Shown: positions 9,522 to 19,795, numbered from the stretch's first letter. The stretch is DNA of 64,000 bases from an uncultured Gemmatimonadales bacterium (GCA_963795085.1 CAWCFX010000001.1:736001-800000); one strand, 5' to 3'. Notes: generated by a model from the sequence alone, not told the origin. Made by a program: numbers and translations.

Positions 9522-11012
9522 ATGCGTTTCTCGCCCAAAGCTCTGGCGATCGCGGCGTGCGCGCTGGCCGGCGGTTTTCTCCTGCTCGCCATTCCGGCCC
9601 GGGAGCCGGAGGTGCCCGGCGCCACCGGCGCCTCGGGGTTCACCTGGAACCGGGACCAGTACTGGCCGACGCTGGAGCGGGCCTTTGAGGCCGCCCGGAA
9701 TGAAGGCTGTCCCTCGGGCGAAGCGACCGCGCGGGCCCGCGTGGCATCGCTGGAGCGGTGGGCCCTCCGGCTCCGCAGCGGACGCCTCGAGGCCGAGGCC
9801 CCGATGCTGGACTCCCTGGGGCTCACGTTTTTTGAGCTGGGGCCTCACGTCGCGGCCTGCCCCTACCAGGTCCAGGAATACATTCTCCTGTCCAGCCGGC
9901 TCCGGGAGGCAATCAAGATCCAGTCTCGCCAGTGGGACCTTGCCGACCGGGAGGTTCGGGCCACGCTCTACCGCAGCCTCTACGGCATGCGCGCCGCCGT
10001 CGAGGAGGTGATGCTCCATCACTCCGAGGGCCTGCCCTCGCTGCTGGTGGGGCGGGAGGAGCCGTCGCAGACGCCCTCCGCCATGGTCCACGGGGTCCGG
10101 GTCCACTCCGGGGACATCCTGGTGTCCCGGGGCGGCTATCCCACGTCGGCCCTGATTGCCCGGGGCAGCGATTTTCCGGGCAATTTCTCCCACATCGCCC
10201 TGGTGCACGTGGACAGCGCCGGAACCGCGTCCAGCATCGAGGCCCATATCGAACAGGGCGTTGCCGTGGCCAGCGCGGCCGAGTACCTGGCCGACAAGAA
10301 GCTCCGGATCATGGTGCTCCGGCCCCGGGCGGATCTGCCGGCCATGGTGGCCGATCCACTGCTGCCCCACCGGGCTGCCTCCCGTGCCCTGGCCCGGGCC
10401 CGCTCCGAGAAGATTCCCTACGATTTCGCCATGAACTACCGTGATCCGGGGGAACTCTTCTGTTCCGAGGTCGCGTCCTCCGCCTATGGCCCCCTGGGTA
10501 TCAATCTCTGGATGGGTATCTCCACGATTTCCAATCCAGGCCTGCGCCGGTGGCTCGCGTCTTTCGGGGTCGAGAACTTCGAAACCCAGGAGCCGTCGGA
10601 TCTCGAGTACGATCCCCAGCTGGTCGTGGTGGCTGAATGGCGGGATACCGGCGCGCTGCTGGCGGACCACGTGGACAACGCGGTGATTGACGTCATGCTG
10701 GAAGGGGCGGAGCGGGGCGAAGCCATCGACTATCCCTGGTATCAGCTCCCGATGGTCCGGATCGCCAAGGCCTGGAGCTGGGTGGTCAACCGCTTCGGCG
10801 GTATCGGACCGGTACCTGAAGGCATGTCTGCCATGGCGGCGGTGCGCAGCCGCGCGTTTTCCACCCGCCAGCGCGTACTGGCAGCGGCGGTGCGGGATAC
10901 CGCCGGGAGGCTTGAACGGAAACTGGGGTACCCCCCACCTTACTGGAGGCTGGTGGACCTGGCCCGGGAAGCCGCCGGGGACCAAGCCGGCCTTTCCTTC
11001 ACCCGGGATTGA
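9522..11012 (+). CDS. YiiX/YebB-like permuted papain-like NlpC/P60 cysteine hydrolase, N-terminally anchored
   Basis: Likely ATG 9522; SGDILVSRG, FSHIALV (His before Cys), PYDF..LFCSEV. Confidence 0.85.
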   Translation: MRFSPKALAIAACALAGGFLLLAIPAREPEVPGATGASGFTWNRDQYWPTLERAFEAARNEGCPSGEATARARVASLERWALRLRSGRLEAEAPMLDSLGLTFFELGPHVAACPYQVQEYILLSSRLREAIKIQSRQWDLADREVRATLYRSLYGMRAAVEEVMLHHSEGLPSLLVGREEPSQTPSAMVHGVRVHSGDILVSRGGYPTSALIARGSDFPGNFSHIALVHVDSAGTASSIEAHIEQGVAVASAAEYLADKKLRIMVLRPRADLPAMVADPLLPHRAASRALARARSEKIPYDFAMNYRDPGELFCSEVASSAYGPLGINLWMGISTISNPGLRRWLASFGVENFETQEPSDLEYDPQLVVVAEWRDTGALLADHVDNAVIDVMLEGAERGEAIDYPWYQLPMVRIAKAWSWVVNRFGGIGPVPEGMSAMAAVRSRAFSTRQRVLAAAVRDTAGRLERKLGYPPPYWRLVDLAREAAGDQAGLSFTRD

Positions 11013-11016
11013 TGCC

Positions 11017-11520
11017 ATGCGAGTTCTCATGCTGACCCTGCTCGCCGCGGCCACCGTGGCGGGTTGCAAAGACAAGCCGGCGGCCGACGCCCCGGCGGAT
11101 GCCGATACACTGCCCTCCAACGTGGGCCCGGCGGCCCCCATGGCAATTACCGATCGCGACTGGACGCTGGTCGAACTGGGGGATAACACGGCGCCGATGG
11201 GGAACGGGGACCGACCGGTCACGCTGCGGCTGGTATCGGCGAATGGAACGGCGGGCGGCTTTGCCGGCTGCAACCGTTACAACGGCCCTTACACGCTGGA
11301 GGGGAACCGCCTCACCTTCGGGCCCGCCATCTCCACCAAGATGGGGTGCCAGCAGGGCATGGACGTGGAGGTGAGTTATCTCGGCATGCTGCCGCAGGTC
11401 ACGAACTACGAAGTCACCAGTTCGGCCCTGGTGCTGGTGGGAGGATCGGGTCCCCTGGCCAGGTTTGCCAGCGGGCCGGGGGCGGATGGCAGCCCCGGTC
11501 AGGGCAGTTCGAGCCAATAG
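11017..11520 (+). CDS. META domain (HslJ-like) lipoprotein
   Basis: Lipobox VAGC; WTLVEL, GFAGCNRYNGPY, STKMGC. Confidence 0.88.
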   Translation: MRVLMLTLLAAATVAGCKDKPAADAPADADTLPSNVGPAAPMAITDRDWTLVELGDNTAPMGNGDRPVTLRLVSANGTAGGFAGCNRYNGPYTLEGNRLTFGPAISTKMGCQQGMDVEVSYLGMLPQVTNYEVTSSALVLVGGSGPLARFASGPGADGSPGQGSSSQ

Positions 11521-11601
11521 ATCTCCGGGACGACCCGCGTGAGGTGCAGGGTGACGATCTGGCGCCGGGTCGCAGCCCTGGGGATCCTGTGAGCGCGCGA
11601 T

Positions 11602-14394
11602 TTATTCGGTTGCTTCTCCCTTGAGGAACATCCGGAGCACTCGCGGCAGAATGCCACCGTGCCGGTAGTAATCCAGTTCGACCGGTGAATTGAGCCGCAC
11701 AATCGCGTCGAAGGTGGTTGCCTTGCCGGCGGCGTCCACCGCTCGGACCTTCACGGTGCCGCCCGGGGTCAATCCGTCCTTGATGCCGGTGATCTCGATG
11801 GTCTCCTCCCCCGTGAGCCCGAGGGAACTCCGGGTGACCCCTTCGGGGTACCCCAGCGGCAGTACCCCCATCCCGACAAGGTTGCTGCGGTGAATGCGCT
11901 CGTAGCTGGCGGCAATCACCGCCTTTACCCCTTGCAGGAGGGTTCCCTTGGCGGCCCAGTCCCGGCTGGATCCGGTGCCGTATTCCTTCCCCACCAGGAG
12001 CACCAGCGGGGTCTTCTCCGACTTGTACCGCATGGCGGCATCGTAGATCGAGAGAACCTCGCCGGTGGGAAAGTGGACTGTCCAGTTTCCTTCCTTTCCG
12101 GGAACCAGCGCGTTCCGGATCCGCACGTTGCCGAACGTGCCCCGCATCATGACTTCGTGGTTGCCCCGGCGGGAGCCGAAGGTGTTCCAGTCCACCGGGT
12201 CCACGCCGTGCTCCAGCAGGTAGCGTCCGGCCGGCCCGTTCCGGGGAATGGCGCCGGCGGGGGAGATGTGGTCGGTGGTGACGGAATCGCCCAGCACGGC
12301 CAGCACCCGGGCCCCGAGGATATCCTGCAGCGGCCCGGGCTCCGCGGGCAGGTCCTGGAAGAACGGCGGCTCCTGGACATAGGTGGAAGCCGGGTCCCAT
12401 GCGTAGCGGCTTCCCTGCGGCACCTTGAGCTCCTGCCAGCTTTCATCACCCTCGAAGACCATGGCGTAGCGGGTGCGGAACAGTTCCGGTTTGAGGGAAT
12501 TGGCCATGGCGACCTGGATCTCCTCCGCGCTGGGCCAGATGTCCCGGAGGTAGACGCTGTTGCCGTCTTTGTCTTTCCCCAGGGGCTCGGTGGCGAGATC
12601 GAGGGTGACTCGCCCGGCCAGGGCGTAGGCGACGACCAGCATCGGGGAGGCCAGGTAATTGGCGCGCACCTGGGGGTGAATCCGGGCCTCGAAGTTCCGG
12701 TTACCGGAGAGGACTGCGGCGGTCACCAGGTGGTGCTGTTCGATGATGCCGGCGACGGGATCGGGGAGCGGTCCGCTGTTGCCGATGCAGGTGGTGCAGC
12801 CATAGCCCACCACCTGGAAGCGGAGCTTGTCCAGGTAGGGGAGCAAGCCGGAGGCGACCAGATAGTCGGTCACCACCCGGGACCCTGGTGCCATGCTGGT
12901 CTTGACCCAGGGCTTGGAACTCAGGCCCCGTTCGCAGGCCTTCTTGGCCAGCAGGCCGGCGCCGATCATGACCGAGGGGTTGGAGGTGTTGGTGCAGCTG
13001 GTGATCGCCGCGATCACCACCGAACCGTCGTTCAACTCGAACTCCTGGCCCTCGTACTGGCCCGGCACCCCCTGGACGGGGACCTCGGCGCCCGCCGCCG
13101 TGGTCGCGCCGCCGCCCTCGCCCATCCACCGGGAGTACGCCTCCTTGGCGACGTGGCGCCGGGCGTCCGGCGTATTCGCGCTCATGAGGTCGGGGAGGCT
13201 GACGTAGAAGTTCCGTTTCAGCTCGGTCATGGGGACCAGGTCCTGGGGCCGCTTGGGACCGGCCAGGCTGGGGACCACGGTGGACAGGTCCAGCGTCACC
13301 GTGCTGGTGTATTCCGGGTCGGGGGTATCGTCAGTGCGGAACAGCATCTGTTCCTTGCAGTACCGCTCGACCCGGCTGACCACCGCCTTGTCCCGCCCGG
13401 TCCGCTCGAGGTAGCGCAGGGTTTCCCCGTCCACCGGGAAGAATCCCATGGTGGCCCCGTACTCGGGCGACATATTGGCGATGGTGGCCCGGTCGGCCAG
13501 GCTCAAACTGGAGAGTCCCGGTCCGTAGAACTCGACGAACTTGTCGACGACACCCTTCTTCCGGAGCATCTGGGTCGCCGTGAGCACCACGTCGGTAGCG
13601 GTGGTCCCGACGGGCATGGCGCCGACAACCTTCATGCCCACCACCTCAGGAATCAGCATGAAATAGGGCTGGCCCAGCATGACCGCCTCGGCCTCGATGC
13701 CCCCGACGCCCCACCCCAGGACCCCGAGTCCGTTGATCATGGTGGTATGCGAATCGGTGCCCACCAGGGTGTCGGGGAAGGCGGTCAGCACCCCCTGCTG
13801 GGGCCGCAGCTGGACGACTTTGGCGAGGTACTCCAGGTTTACCTGGTGCACGATGCCGGTGCCGGGAGGCACCACGCTGAAATTCTCGAAGGCATGCTGG
13901 GCGAACTTGAGAAGCTGGTAGCGCTCCTTGTTGCGGGCCAGTTCCAGTTCGACGTTGAGGGCGAAGGCCTTGTGAGTCCCGTAATAGTCCACCTGCACGG
14001 AGTGATCGATGACCAGGTCAGAGGGGACCACGGGATTGATTTTGAGGGGGTCGCCCTTCATCCGTGCCATGGCGTCCCGCATGGCCGCGAGGTCCACGAC
14101 GCACGGCACCCCGGTGAAATCCTGGAGCACCACCCGGGCGGGCATGAACGGGATCTCCTCGGGGCTGCCGCTGCCCGGCTGCCAGCTGGCCAGCGCTTCG
14201 ACGTGCTCCCGGGTGACGATACCGCGGCCCAGGTACCGGAGGGCGTTTTCCGTCAGCACCCGCAACGAGAAGGGCAGCTTGTCCGGCTGGCCCACCCCCT
14301 GCCGGGCCAGCGCGTCGAGCCGGAAGATGACCGCGGATTCACCGCCGAGGTCGAGAGTTGAGCGAGCACCGAGGGGATTCTGGTCAGCAGCCAT
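11602..14394 (-). CDS. acnA: Aconitate hydratase AcnA
   Basis: LQDFTGVP, DHSVQVD, GTDSHT, AITSCTNTSNP, GYGCTTCIGNSG, TTDHISPAG, GSSRDWAAKG; start ATG 14394. Confidence 0.97.
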   Translation of the reverse strand: MAADQNPLGARSTLDLGGESAVIFRLDALARQGVGQPDKLPFSLRVLTENALRYLGRGIVTREHVEALASWQPGSGSPEEIPFMPARVVLQDFTGVPCVVDLAAMRDAMARMKGDPLKINPVVPSDLVIDHSVQVDYYGTHKAFALNVELELARNKERYQLLKFAQHAFENFSVVPPGTGIVHQVNLEYLAKVVQLRPQQGVLTAFPDTLVGTDSHTTMINGLGVLGWGVGGIEAEAVMLGQPYFMLIPEVVGMKVVGAMPVGTTATDVVLTATQMLRKKGVVDKFVEFYGPGLSSLSLADRATIANMSPEYGATMGFFPVDGETLRYLERTGRDKAVVSRVERYCKEQMLFRTDDTPDPEYTSTVTLDLSTVVPSLAGPKRPQDLVPMTELKRNFYVSLPDLMSANTPDARRHVAKEAYSRWMGEGGGATTAAGAEVPVQGVPGQYEGQEFELNDGSVVIAAITSCTNTSNPSVMIGAGLLAKKACERGLSSKPWVKTSMAPGSRVVTDYLVASGLLPYLDKLRFQVVGYGCTTCIGNSGPLPDPVAGIIEQHHLVTAAVLSGNRNFEARIHPQVRANYLASPMLVVAYALAGRVTLDLATEPLGKDKDGNSVYLRDIWPSAEEIQVAMANSLKPELFRTRYAMVFEGDESWQELKVPQGSRYAWDPASTYVQEPPFFQDLPAEPGPLQDILGARVLAVLGDSVTTDHISPAGAIPRNGPAGRYLLEHGVDPVDWNTFGSRRGNHEVMMRGTFGNVRIRNALVPGKEGNWTVHFPTGEVLSIYDAAMRYKSEKTPLVLLVGKEYGTGSSRDWAAKGTLLQGVKAVIAASYERIHRSNLVGMGVLPLGYPEGVTRSSLGLTGEETIEITGIKDGLTPGGTVKVRAVDAAGKATTFDAIVRLNSPVELDYYRHGGILPRVLRMFLKGEATE

Positions 14395-14499
14395 GGTCAC
14401 AGAGGGTAAGTGGATAGTACAATTATACATGCGTCTCCCGGATCTGGCAGGCTGGAATGCTCCGGCGCCCTCTTGGCCGGGCTCCCGGCATTGCTCCCG

Positions 14500-14814
14500 A
14501 TGATGCCCTTCGCCATCAACCGCTCGGACGCCGGGTTGCTGATCGAGTGGGACCAGGCGGGGCACCAGGGGTTTTTCCCGGCTCGGAATCTGCGCCTCGC
14601 CTGTCCCTGTGCCGCCTGCGTAGAGGAAATGACCGGGCGCCCCATGCTGGACCCGGCGATGGTACCTGACAACGTCCAGCCGGTTTCGCTGGCACTGGTG
14701 GGAGCCTATGGCCTGCGGGTGGCGTGGAGCGATGGCCACGGGACCGGGATCTACACCTTTGACTGGCTCCGATCCCGTTGTCCCTGTGACACTTGCCGAG
14801 GGATCGGTCCCTAG
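14500..14814 (+). CDS. DUF971 / gamma-butyrobetaine hydroxylase N-terminal-like protein
   Basis: LRLACPCAAC, VGAYGLRVAWSDGHGTGIYTF, C-terminal CPCDTC. Confidence 0.85.
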   Translation: MMPFAINRSDAGLLIEWDQAGHQGFFPARNLRLACPCAACVEEMTGRPMLDPAMVPDNVQPVSLALVGAYGLRVAWSDGHGTGIYTFDWLRSRCPCDTCRGIGP

Positions 14815-14920
14815 CGGAGCGCCGGATTCGGGGTACCTTCAAGCGGCTCGCATTTCCCGATGGGATCGATAGCTTAGTTTCCGGCAGGCCACCCAGGCCA
14901 ATAACCGGCGGGGCTTTCGC

Positions 14921-15229
14921 ATGGTCTTTGGACGGCAATACTGGATCTGGATCTGGTACGGCATCTTTGTGCTGGGGATGCTGGGGCTGGTCGCTTCCAT
15001 TTACTGGGGCCGGCGGACCCATTTCCGGAACCTCGAGGAATTGTTCCGGGCCATCGGCACCATTCTGGTGTCGCTGGGCATGGTGCTGCTCCTGCGCCAG
15101 ATCTGGTCCCTGCTGGGGCAGGTGCTGCTGCTGGTGGCGCTGTGCTGCTTCGTTGCCGCTTTTGTGCTGGGGCGCCGGGCCGAGCGGGCGCGGGCCGAAC
15201 GGCACTCCGGGGCTCACGATGAAGTCTGA
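14921..15229 (+). CDS. Small hypothetical membrane protein (about 3 TM)
   Basis: Three hydrophobic segments, GC3-rich codons. Confidence 0.65.
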   Translation: MVFGRQYWIWIWYGIFVLGMLGLVASIYWGRRTHFRNLEELFRAIGTILVSLGMVLLLRQIWSLLGQVLLLVALCCFVAAFVLGRRAERARAERHSGAHDEV

Positions 15230-15309
15230 CGGACTGGCCCCTGATCCGGTATCGCACTATCGTTGAGGAATCTGACGGGCGGCGCCCACTGGATGGAAGG
15301 GTTTCTGGA

Positions 15310-15810
15310 ATGGTGCAGAGCGAACACAACTGGCTGGGTGAGGGTAGCACCGTTGGTGTCATCGGTGCCCTGACCGTCGCGGGATGGTTCCTGCTGCTGG
15401 ATCTCATGGCCGGGCGCCCGTTTTTTACCCCGAGCGTGCTTGGGCAGGTCGTGCTGTTCGGGCGTGATACCCCCGACCTGGCCCCCCTCCCGGAAGCAAT
15501 TGCCCTGTACAGCTTCGTCCACTTCGCCGCCTTCATCGCACTGGGCGTCCTGGTGACCCAACTGGTGCATCTCGCGGTCCGGGACGCCTTTTTCCGCTTT
15601 GCGCTGCTCCTGCTCTTCGTGGTTTTCGAGGTCTTTTTCTACGGATTTACCTACGTGGTCTTCGAAGGCACCCGGGGCGTGTTCCCCTGGTGGTCCATGC
15701 TCGCCGCCAATACCCTCGCCTCCATCACGATGGGACTCTTCATCTGGATGCGGCATCCCTCGCTGCGGCGATCCCCGGACAACGAGCCGCTGGGCGCGGA
15801 AACGACCTGA
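15310..15810 (+). CDS. Hypothetical membrane protein (about 4 TM)
   Basis: Hydrophobic; GRPFFTPSVLG, YSFVHFAAF. Confidence 0.7.
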   Translation: MVQSEHNWLGEGSTVGVIGALTVAGWFLLLDLMAGRPFFTPSVLGQVVLFGRDTPDLAPLPEAIALYSFVHFAAFIALGVLVTQLVHLAVRDAFFRFALLLLFVVFEVFFYGFTYVVFEGTRGVFPWWSMLAANTLASITMGLFIWMRHPSLRRSPDNEPLGAETT

Positions 15811-15814
15811 GAAG

Positions 15815-15877
15815 AGAGTGCAGAGTGCAGAGTGCAGAGTGCAGAGTGCAGAGTACAGAGCACAGAGTGCAGAGTCC
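15815..15877 (+). repeat. Heptamer tandem repeat (AGAGTGC)x9
   Basis: Nine units (6 perfect, 3 variant) starting 4 nt after the TGA at 15810. Confidence 0.95.
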
Positions 15878-15885
15878 ACTCACTC

Positions 15886-15909
15886 ACGGCCCTTCCGGGC
15901 CGTTTTTTT
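15886..15909 (+). terminator. Intrinsic terminator
   Basis: acggccc-ttcc-gggccgt followed by a T run. Confidence 0.8.
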
Positions 15910-15962
15910 GTTCCCGGGTGAGACGGGGTGGTGAGGAGGTTTCGGGCGATTAGGTTCCACTC

Positions 15963-18533
15963 ATGATTTCGAGAGCCAGGCTGGTAACCGCAGCCCTCCT
16001 GGGGGCGGGGGTCTTCGTCGCCGGCGGGCCCCTGCAGGCCCAGCTGGAGGCACCATCCACCGGGGGCGTCGTCGCGCTGGACCAGGAGTTCCGGATGCTG
16101 GGGCAGCATAAACGGGTGCTCATGATCGGCGCCCATCCGGATGACGAGGACACCGAGTTGCTGACCTACCTGGTCCGGGGTGAGGGGGCGGAGGCCGCCT
16201 ATCTCTCGCTCAACCGGGGGGAAGGGGGCCAGAACCTGATCGGCCCGGAGCTGGGCGAGCCGCTGGGCCTGATCCGCTCCGAGGAGCTGCTGGCGGCCCG
16301 CCGGCTGGACGGCGCCCGGCAATTCTTTACCCGGGCGTACGATTTTGGCTATTCCAAGTCGCTGGAAGAGACCTGGCGATTCTGGCCCCGCGATTCCATC
16401 CTCAAAGATGTGGTCCGCATCGTACGGCAGTTCCAGCCCCAGGTCATCGTTTCCATCTTCAGCGGGACCGAGCGTGACGGTCACGGCCAGCACCAGGCCG
16501 CCGGGTGGGTCGCGCGGGAAGCGTTCCGGCTGGCGGGTGATGCCGCCGCATTCCCGGGTACCGGCCATCCGTGGAGTCCGGCGAAGCTCTACCAGAGCAC
16601 CCGGTTCGATTCGGCCGCCACCACCCTCAGCCTGGAAGGCGGGGAACTGGATCCCGCGGTGGGCCAGACCTTTCGCCAGATCGCGATGCGGGGCCGCAGC
16701 CTGCACCGGTCCCAGGACATGGGGCAGTTGCAGCGAATCGGGTCCTCGGACATCCGGCTGCGGCTGGTGACCGACCGAACCGGCCAGGGCGATCACGCGA
16801 TCTTCTCCGGGATCGACACCGGGTTCGGCGCGCTTCGCTCGGCGGGTGCCGCCGAGCCGCTGGACCGCTACCTCCGCACGATCGACTCACTGCGTGCCGG
16901 CCTCCATACGCCCGGTGAGCCCCCGCTTCGCCTGGTTGACACCGGGCTACGCCGCCTGGACGAGCAGCATCCGGGCCGGGTGGAAATCGCCGACCAGCTG
17001 ACGCACCTGGAGCGGGCGCGGTTCATCGCGACGGGGATGCTGGCGGATGCGGTCGCCGCCGACGACAGGGTGGTCCCCGGGCAGACCGTGGCCGTCACGC
17101 TGAGCGCCTGGAACCCGTCTTCCCAGGCCCGGGTTCTGCGGGTGCGCATCCAGGCGTCCCCGCGGTTTGAGCCCGTTAACCGGGTCGTGGAACTGCGCAT
17201 GGATCCGCGACAGCTGGCGAGCGATACCGTCCGTGTCCGGGTTCGCGAGGACGCGGCACCCACCCAGCCCTACTTCCTGGTTAACCCCCGGGGCAACGGG
17301 GTCTACCAGGTGCCGGATACCTCGCTGGCGGGGCTGCCGTTCGAGCCGCCCGACCTGGTGGCCGTCTTCGCCGAGGGCGATGCCGCGATCGAGCGGGAAG
17401 TCGCCTTCCGGGTCAACGACCAGGCCTTTGGGGAGCGCCGCCGCCCGGTGGTGGTGATGCCCCGCATCGACGTCAAGCTGGATCCCCGGAACGAGGTGTG
17501 GCCCGCCGGCTCGGGTCTCCGGACGTTTACGGTCACGCTTACGCATGGCGCGAGGGATACCACCCGGGGCCGGGTGACCCTCGAGGTGCCCAGTGGCTGG
17601 GCTCCAGCGGCCGCCCAGTCGTTCGAGCTGACGCAGGAGGACGAACGGGAAACGTTCGCGTTCTCGCTCCGCCCCGCTGTGAACCTCCGGGCGGGGTCCT
17701 ATGAGATCCGTGCGGTCGCGACCGATGACCGGGGCCGACGCTACGACCGGGGCGTGTTCACCGTGGACTATCCCCACATCCGCCCCCGCAACTGGGTCCA
17801 GCCGGCGGCGGCCCTCGTCCAGGTGGCGCCGCTGGAAATGGCCCGGCTCCGGCGCGTGGGCTACGTCCGGGGTGCTTCGGACCGGGTGCCGGAAGCCCTG
17901 GCTAACGTCGGAGTTCCGATCGAGCTGCTGGACCGCGCGGCGCTGGAGCGGGGGGATCTCGCGGGCTACGACGCCATCGTGATCGGGTCGCGGGCCTACG
18001 AGACCGATTCCGCATTGGTGGAGAACAATGGCCGGCTGCTGGCGTACGTCAGGAACGGCGGGCTGGTCATCGTGCAGTACCAGCAACACGCTTTTTTCCG
18101 GGGCGGATTCGCGCCGCTCCCGATGACGGTGGGCGGCCAGCCCCTGCAGCTGGAACCGGGAACGTCGCGGCCCGCGGGCCCGCCGGTGAGCCACGACCGG
18201 GTCACCGACGAAACGGCCCCGGTCCGGATCATCACACCCTCGAGCCCGGCGGTGAACCACCCCAATCGCCTGGGTCCCGGGGACTGGGACGGCTGGGTCC
18301 AGGAACGGGGTCTCTATTTCGCCCGCAGCTGGGACCAGGCCTACGCCCCGGTGCTCGAGATAGCAGACCCCGGCGAGGCGCCGCTTACAGGCGGACTGCT
18401 GGTGGCCCGCTATGGCCGGGGGACGTACGTGTACACCGGGCTCAGCTTCTTCCGCGAACTGCCGGCCGGGGTCCCCGGGGCGTTCCGGCTCTTCGCCAAC
18501 CTCCTGGCGCTGGGGGAGCGGAACCTGCCCTAG
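15963..18533 (+). CDS. Secreted PIG-L/LmbE family deacetylase with Ig-like (NEW3) and GATase-like C-terminal domains
   Basis: Signal peptide; AHPDDED, RGEGGQNLIG, RAYDFGYSKS, HGQH; C-terminal WVQERGLYF, LSFFRELPAGVPGAFRL. Confidence 0.88.
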   Translation: MISRARLVTAALLGAGVFVAGGPLQAQLEAPSTGGVVALDQEFRMLGQHKRVLMIGAHPDDEDTELLTYLVRGEGAEAAYLSLNRGEGGQNLIGPELGEPLGLIRSEELLAARRLDGARQFFTRAYDFGYSKSLEETWRFWPRDSILKDVVRIVRQFQPQVIVSIFSGTERDGHGQHQAAGWVAREAFRLAGDAAAFPGTGHPWSPAKLYQSTRFDSAATTLSLEGGELDPAVGQTFRQIAMRGRSLHRSQDMGQLQRIGSSDIRLRLVTDRTGQGDHAIFSGIDTGFGALRSAGAAEPLDRYLRTIDSLRAGLHTPGEPPLRLVDTGLRRLDEQHPGRVEIADQLTHLERARFIATGMLADAVAADDRVVPGQTVAVTLSAWNPSSQARVLRVRIQASPRFEPVNRVVELRMDPRQLASDTVRVRVREDAAPTQPYFLVNPRGNGVYQVPDTSLAGLPFEPPDLVAVFAEGDAAIEREVAFRVNDQAFGERRRPVVVMPRIDVKLDPRNEVWPAGSGLRTFTVTLTHGARDTTRGRVTLEVPSGWAPAAAQSFELTQEDERETFAFSLRPAVNLRAGSYEIRAVATDDRGRRYDRGVFTVDYPHIRPRNWVQPAAALVQVAPLEMARLRRVGYVRGASDRVPEALANVGVPIELLDRAALERGDLAGYDAIVIGSRAYETDSALVENNGRLLAYVRNGGLVIVQYQQHAFFRGGFAPLPMTVGGQPLQLEPGTSRPAGPPVSHDRVTDETAPVRIITPSSPAVNHPNRLGPGDWDGWVQERGLYFARSWDQAYAPVLEIADPGEAPLTGGLLVARYGRGTYVYTGLSFFRELPAGVPGAFRLFANLLALGERNLP

Positions 18534-18639
18534 GCCTGTGGCCGTTGGTGGTTCGCGAGGGGATGGAAAACCAGGCCTTTCGAACCACGGGCGGTTGGAT
18601 GGATCCGATCACCGGTTACTCATGGCTGACTTGCACGTG

Positions 18640-19659
18640 GTGAAAATCCCCACATTTCTTCCGCTCCTGCTGCTTGCCGCCTGCGGTTCGGACGGGCGCA
18701 CGCCGGTGACCATGTATTCGCCTCACGGGCGGGACCAGCTGCTCCTGCTGGAGCGGGATTTCGAAGCCGCCAACCCCGATATCGACGTGCGCTGGCTGGA
18801 CATGGGGAGCCAGGAGATCCTCGACCGCATCCGCTTCGAGAAGGTCAATCCCCAGGCTGACATCTGGTTCGGCGGACCCACGACGATCTTTGACCGGGGC
18901 GTGGCGGAGGGACTGTTGCAGCCGTATCGGCCGGAGTGGGCGGCGGTGGTCGATCCCCGCGGCGTGGGTCCCGATGATCTCTACTGGCCGGTGTACCGGA
19001 CCCCCGCCGTCATCGCGTTCAACTCGAAGGCGGTGCCGCCCGACGCCGCGCCTACCGACTGGGACCAGGTGCTGGAACCCCGGTGGAACGACAAGATCCT
19101 GATTCGCGACCCGGTGGCCAGCGGGACCATGCGGGCCATCTGGGGCCTCATCATCCAGCAGCGGATGCGGTTTCCCGGCGACACCGCCCCGGGCATGAGC
19201 TGGCTTCGGCGGCTGGACGGGCAGACCAAGGCCTACACGCTCAATCCCGCCATCCTGGACGAAAAGCTGGCCCGCCAGGAAGGGGTGCTGACTCTATGGG
19301 ACCTCCCGGATATCCTGATCAGCCGGAACAAGGGAATGCCGTTCGACTATACCTTCCCGACCAGCGGCACCGTGGTCATTGACGATGCCATTGCCCTGGT
19401 CCGGGGCAGCCGGTCGCCGGCGGCGGCGCGCCGTTTCATAGACTACGTCGGAGGCGTCCGGGCCCAGCTGATGGCCGCCCGGAGCGTGTTCCGGCTTCCG
19501 GCCCGGCTGGACCTTCCCGCCGACTCGGTCCCGGACTGGGTCGCGGAGGTCGAAGAGGCGATGGTGATCGCCGACGTGGACTGGAAGATGTTGGCGGACG
19601 AAGGTGCCGGGTGGATGGGGTATTGGGACCAGCACGTGCGGAATACCGGAAAACGGTGA
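18640..19659 (+). CDS. ABC transporter substrate-binding lipoprotein (FbpA/AfuA-like)
   Basis: Lipobox LAAC; EKVNPQADIWFGG, RDPVASGT; start could also be ATG 18622. Confidence 0.85.
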   Translation: MKIPTFLPLLLLAACGSDGRTPVTMYSPHGRDQLLLLERDFEAANPDIDVRWLDMGSQEILDRIRFEKVNPQADIWFGGPTTIFDRGVAEGLLQPYRPEWAAVVDPRGVGPDDLYWPVYRTPAVIAFNSKAVPPDAAPTDWDQVLEPRWNDKILIRDPVASGTMRAIWGLIIQQRMRFPGDTAPGMSWLRRLDGQTKAYTLNPAILDEKLARQEGVLTLWDLPDILISRNKGMPFDYTFPTSGTVVIDDAIALVRGSRSPAAARRFIDYVGGVRAQLMAARSVFRLPARLDLPADSVPDWVAEVEEAMVIADVDWKMLADEGAGWMGYWDQHVRNTGKR

Positions 19660-19790
19660 GCCGTGAGAAGAAACCCGTTACCAGTGACCGATGAGACGGG
19701 TTTGCCGGAGTCCGCCACTGCCGCGAGATTGTTACCCATGATAAATCTGGTCGTCCGTCCTGCGCCCGGCTACCTGCTCACCGCTCACCG
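19654..19790. other. Structured intergenic element bounded by 14-bp inverted repeats
   Basis: cggtgagccgtgag (19654-19667) / ctcaccgctcaccg (19777-19790); inner stem aaacccgt..acgggttt. Confidence 0.65.
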
Positions 19791-19795
19791 GTAGC

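Noticed and set aside
19726..19748. Fur box within the ABC operon
   Set aside because: Poor match to the GATAATGATAATCATTATC consensus; better explained as an RNA stem.
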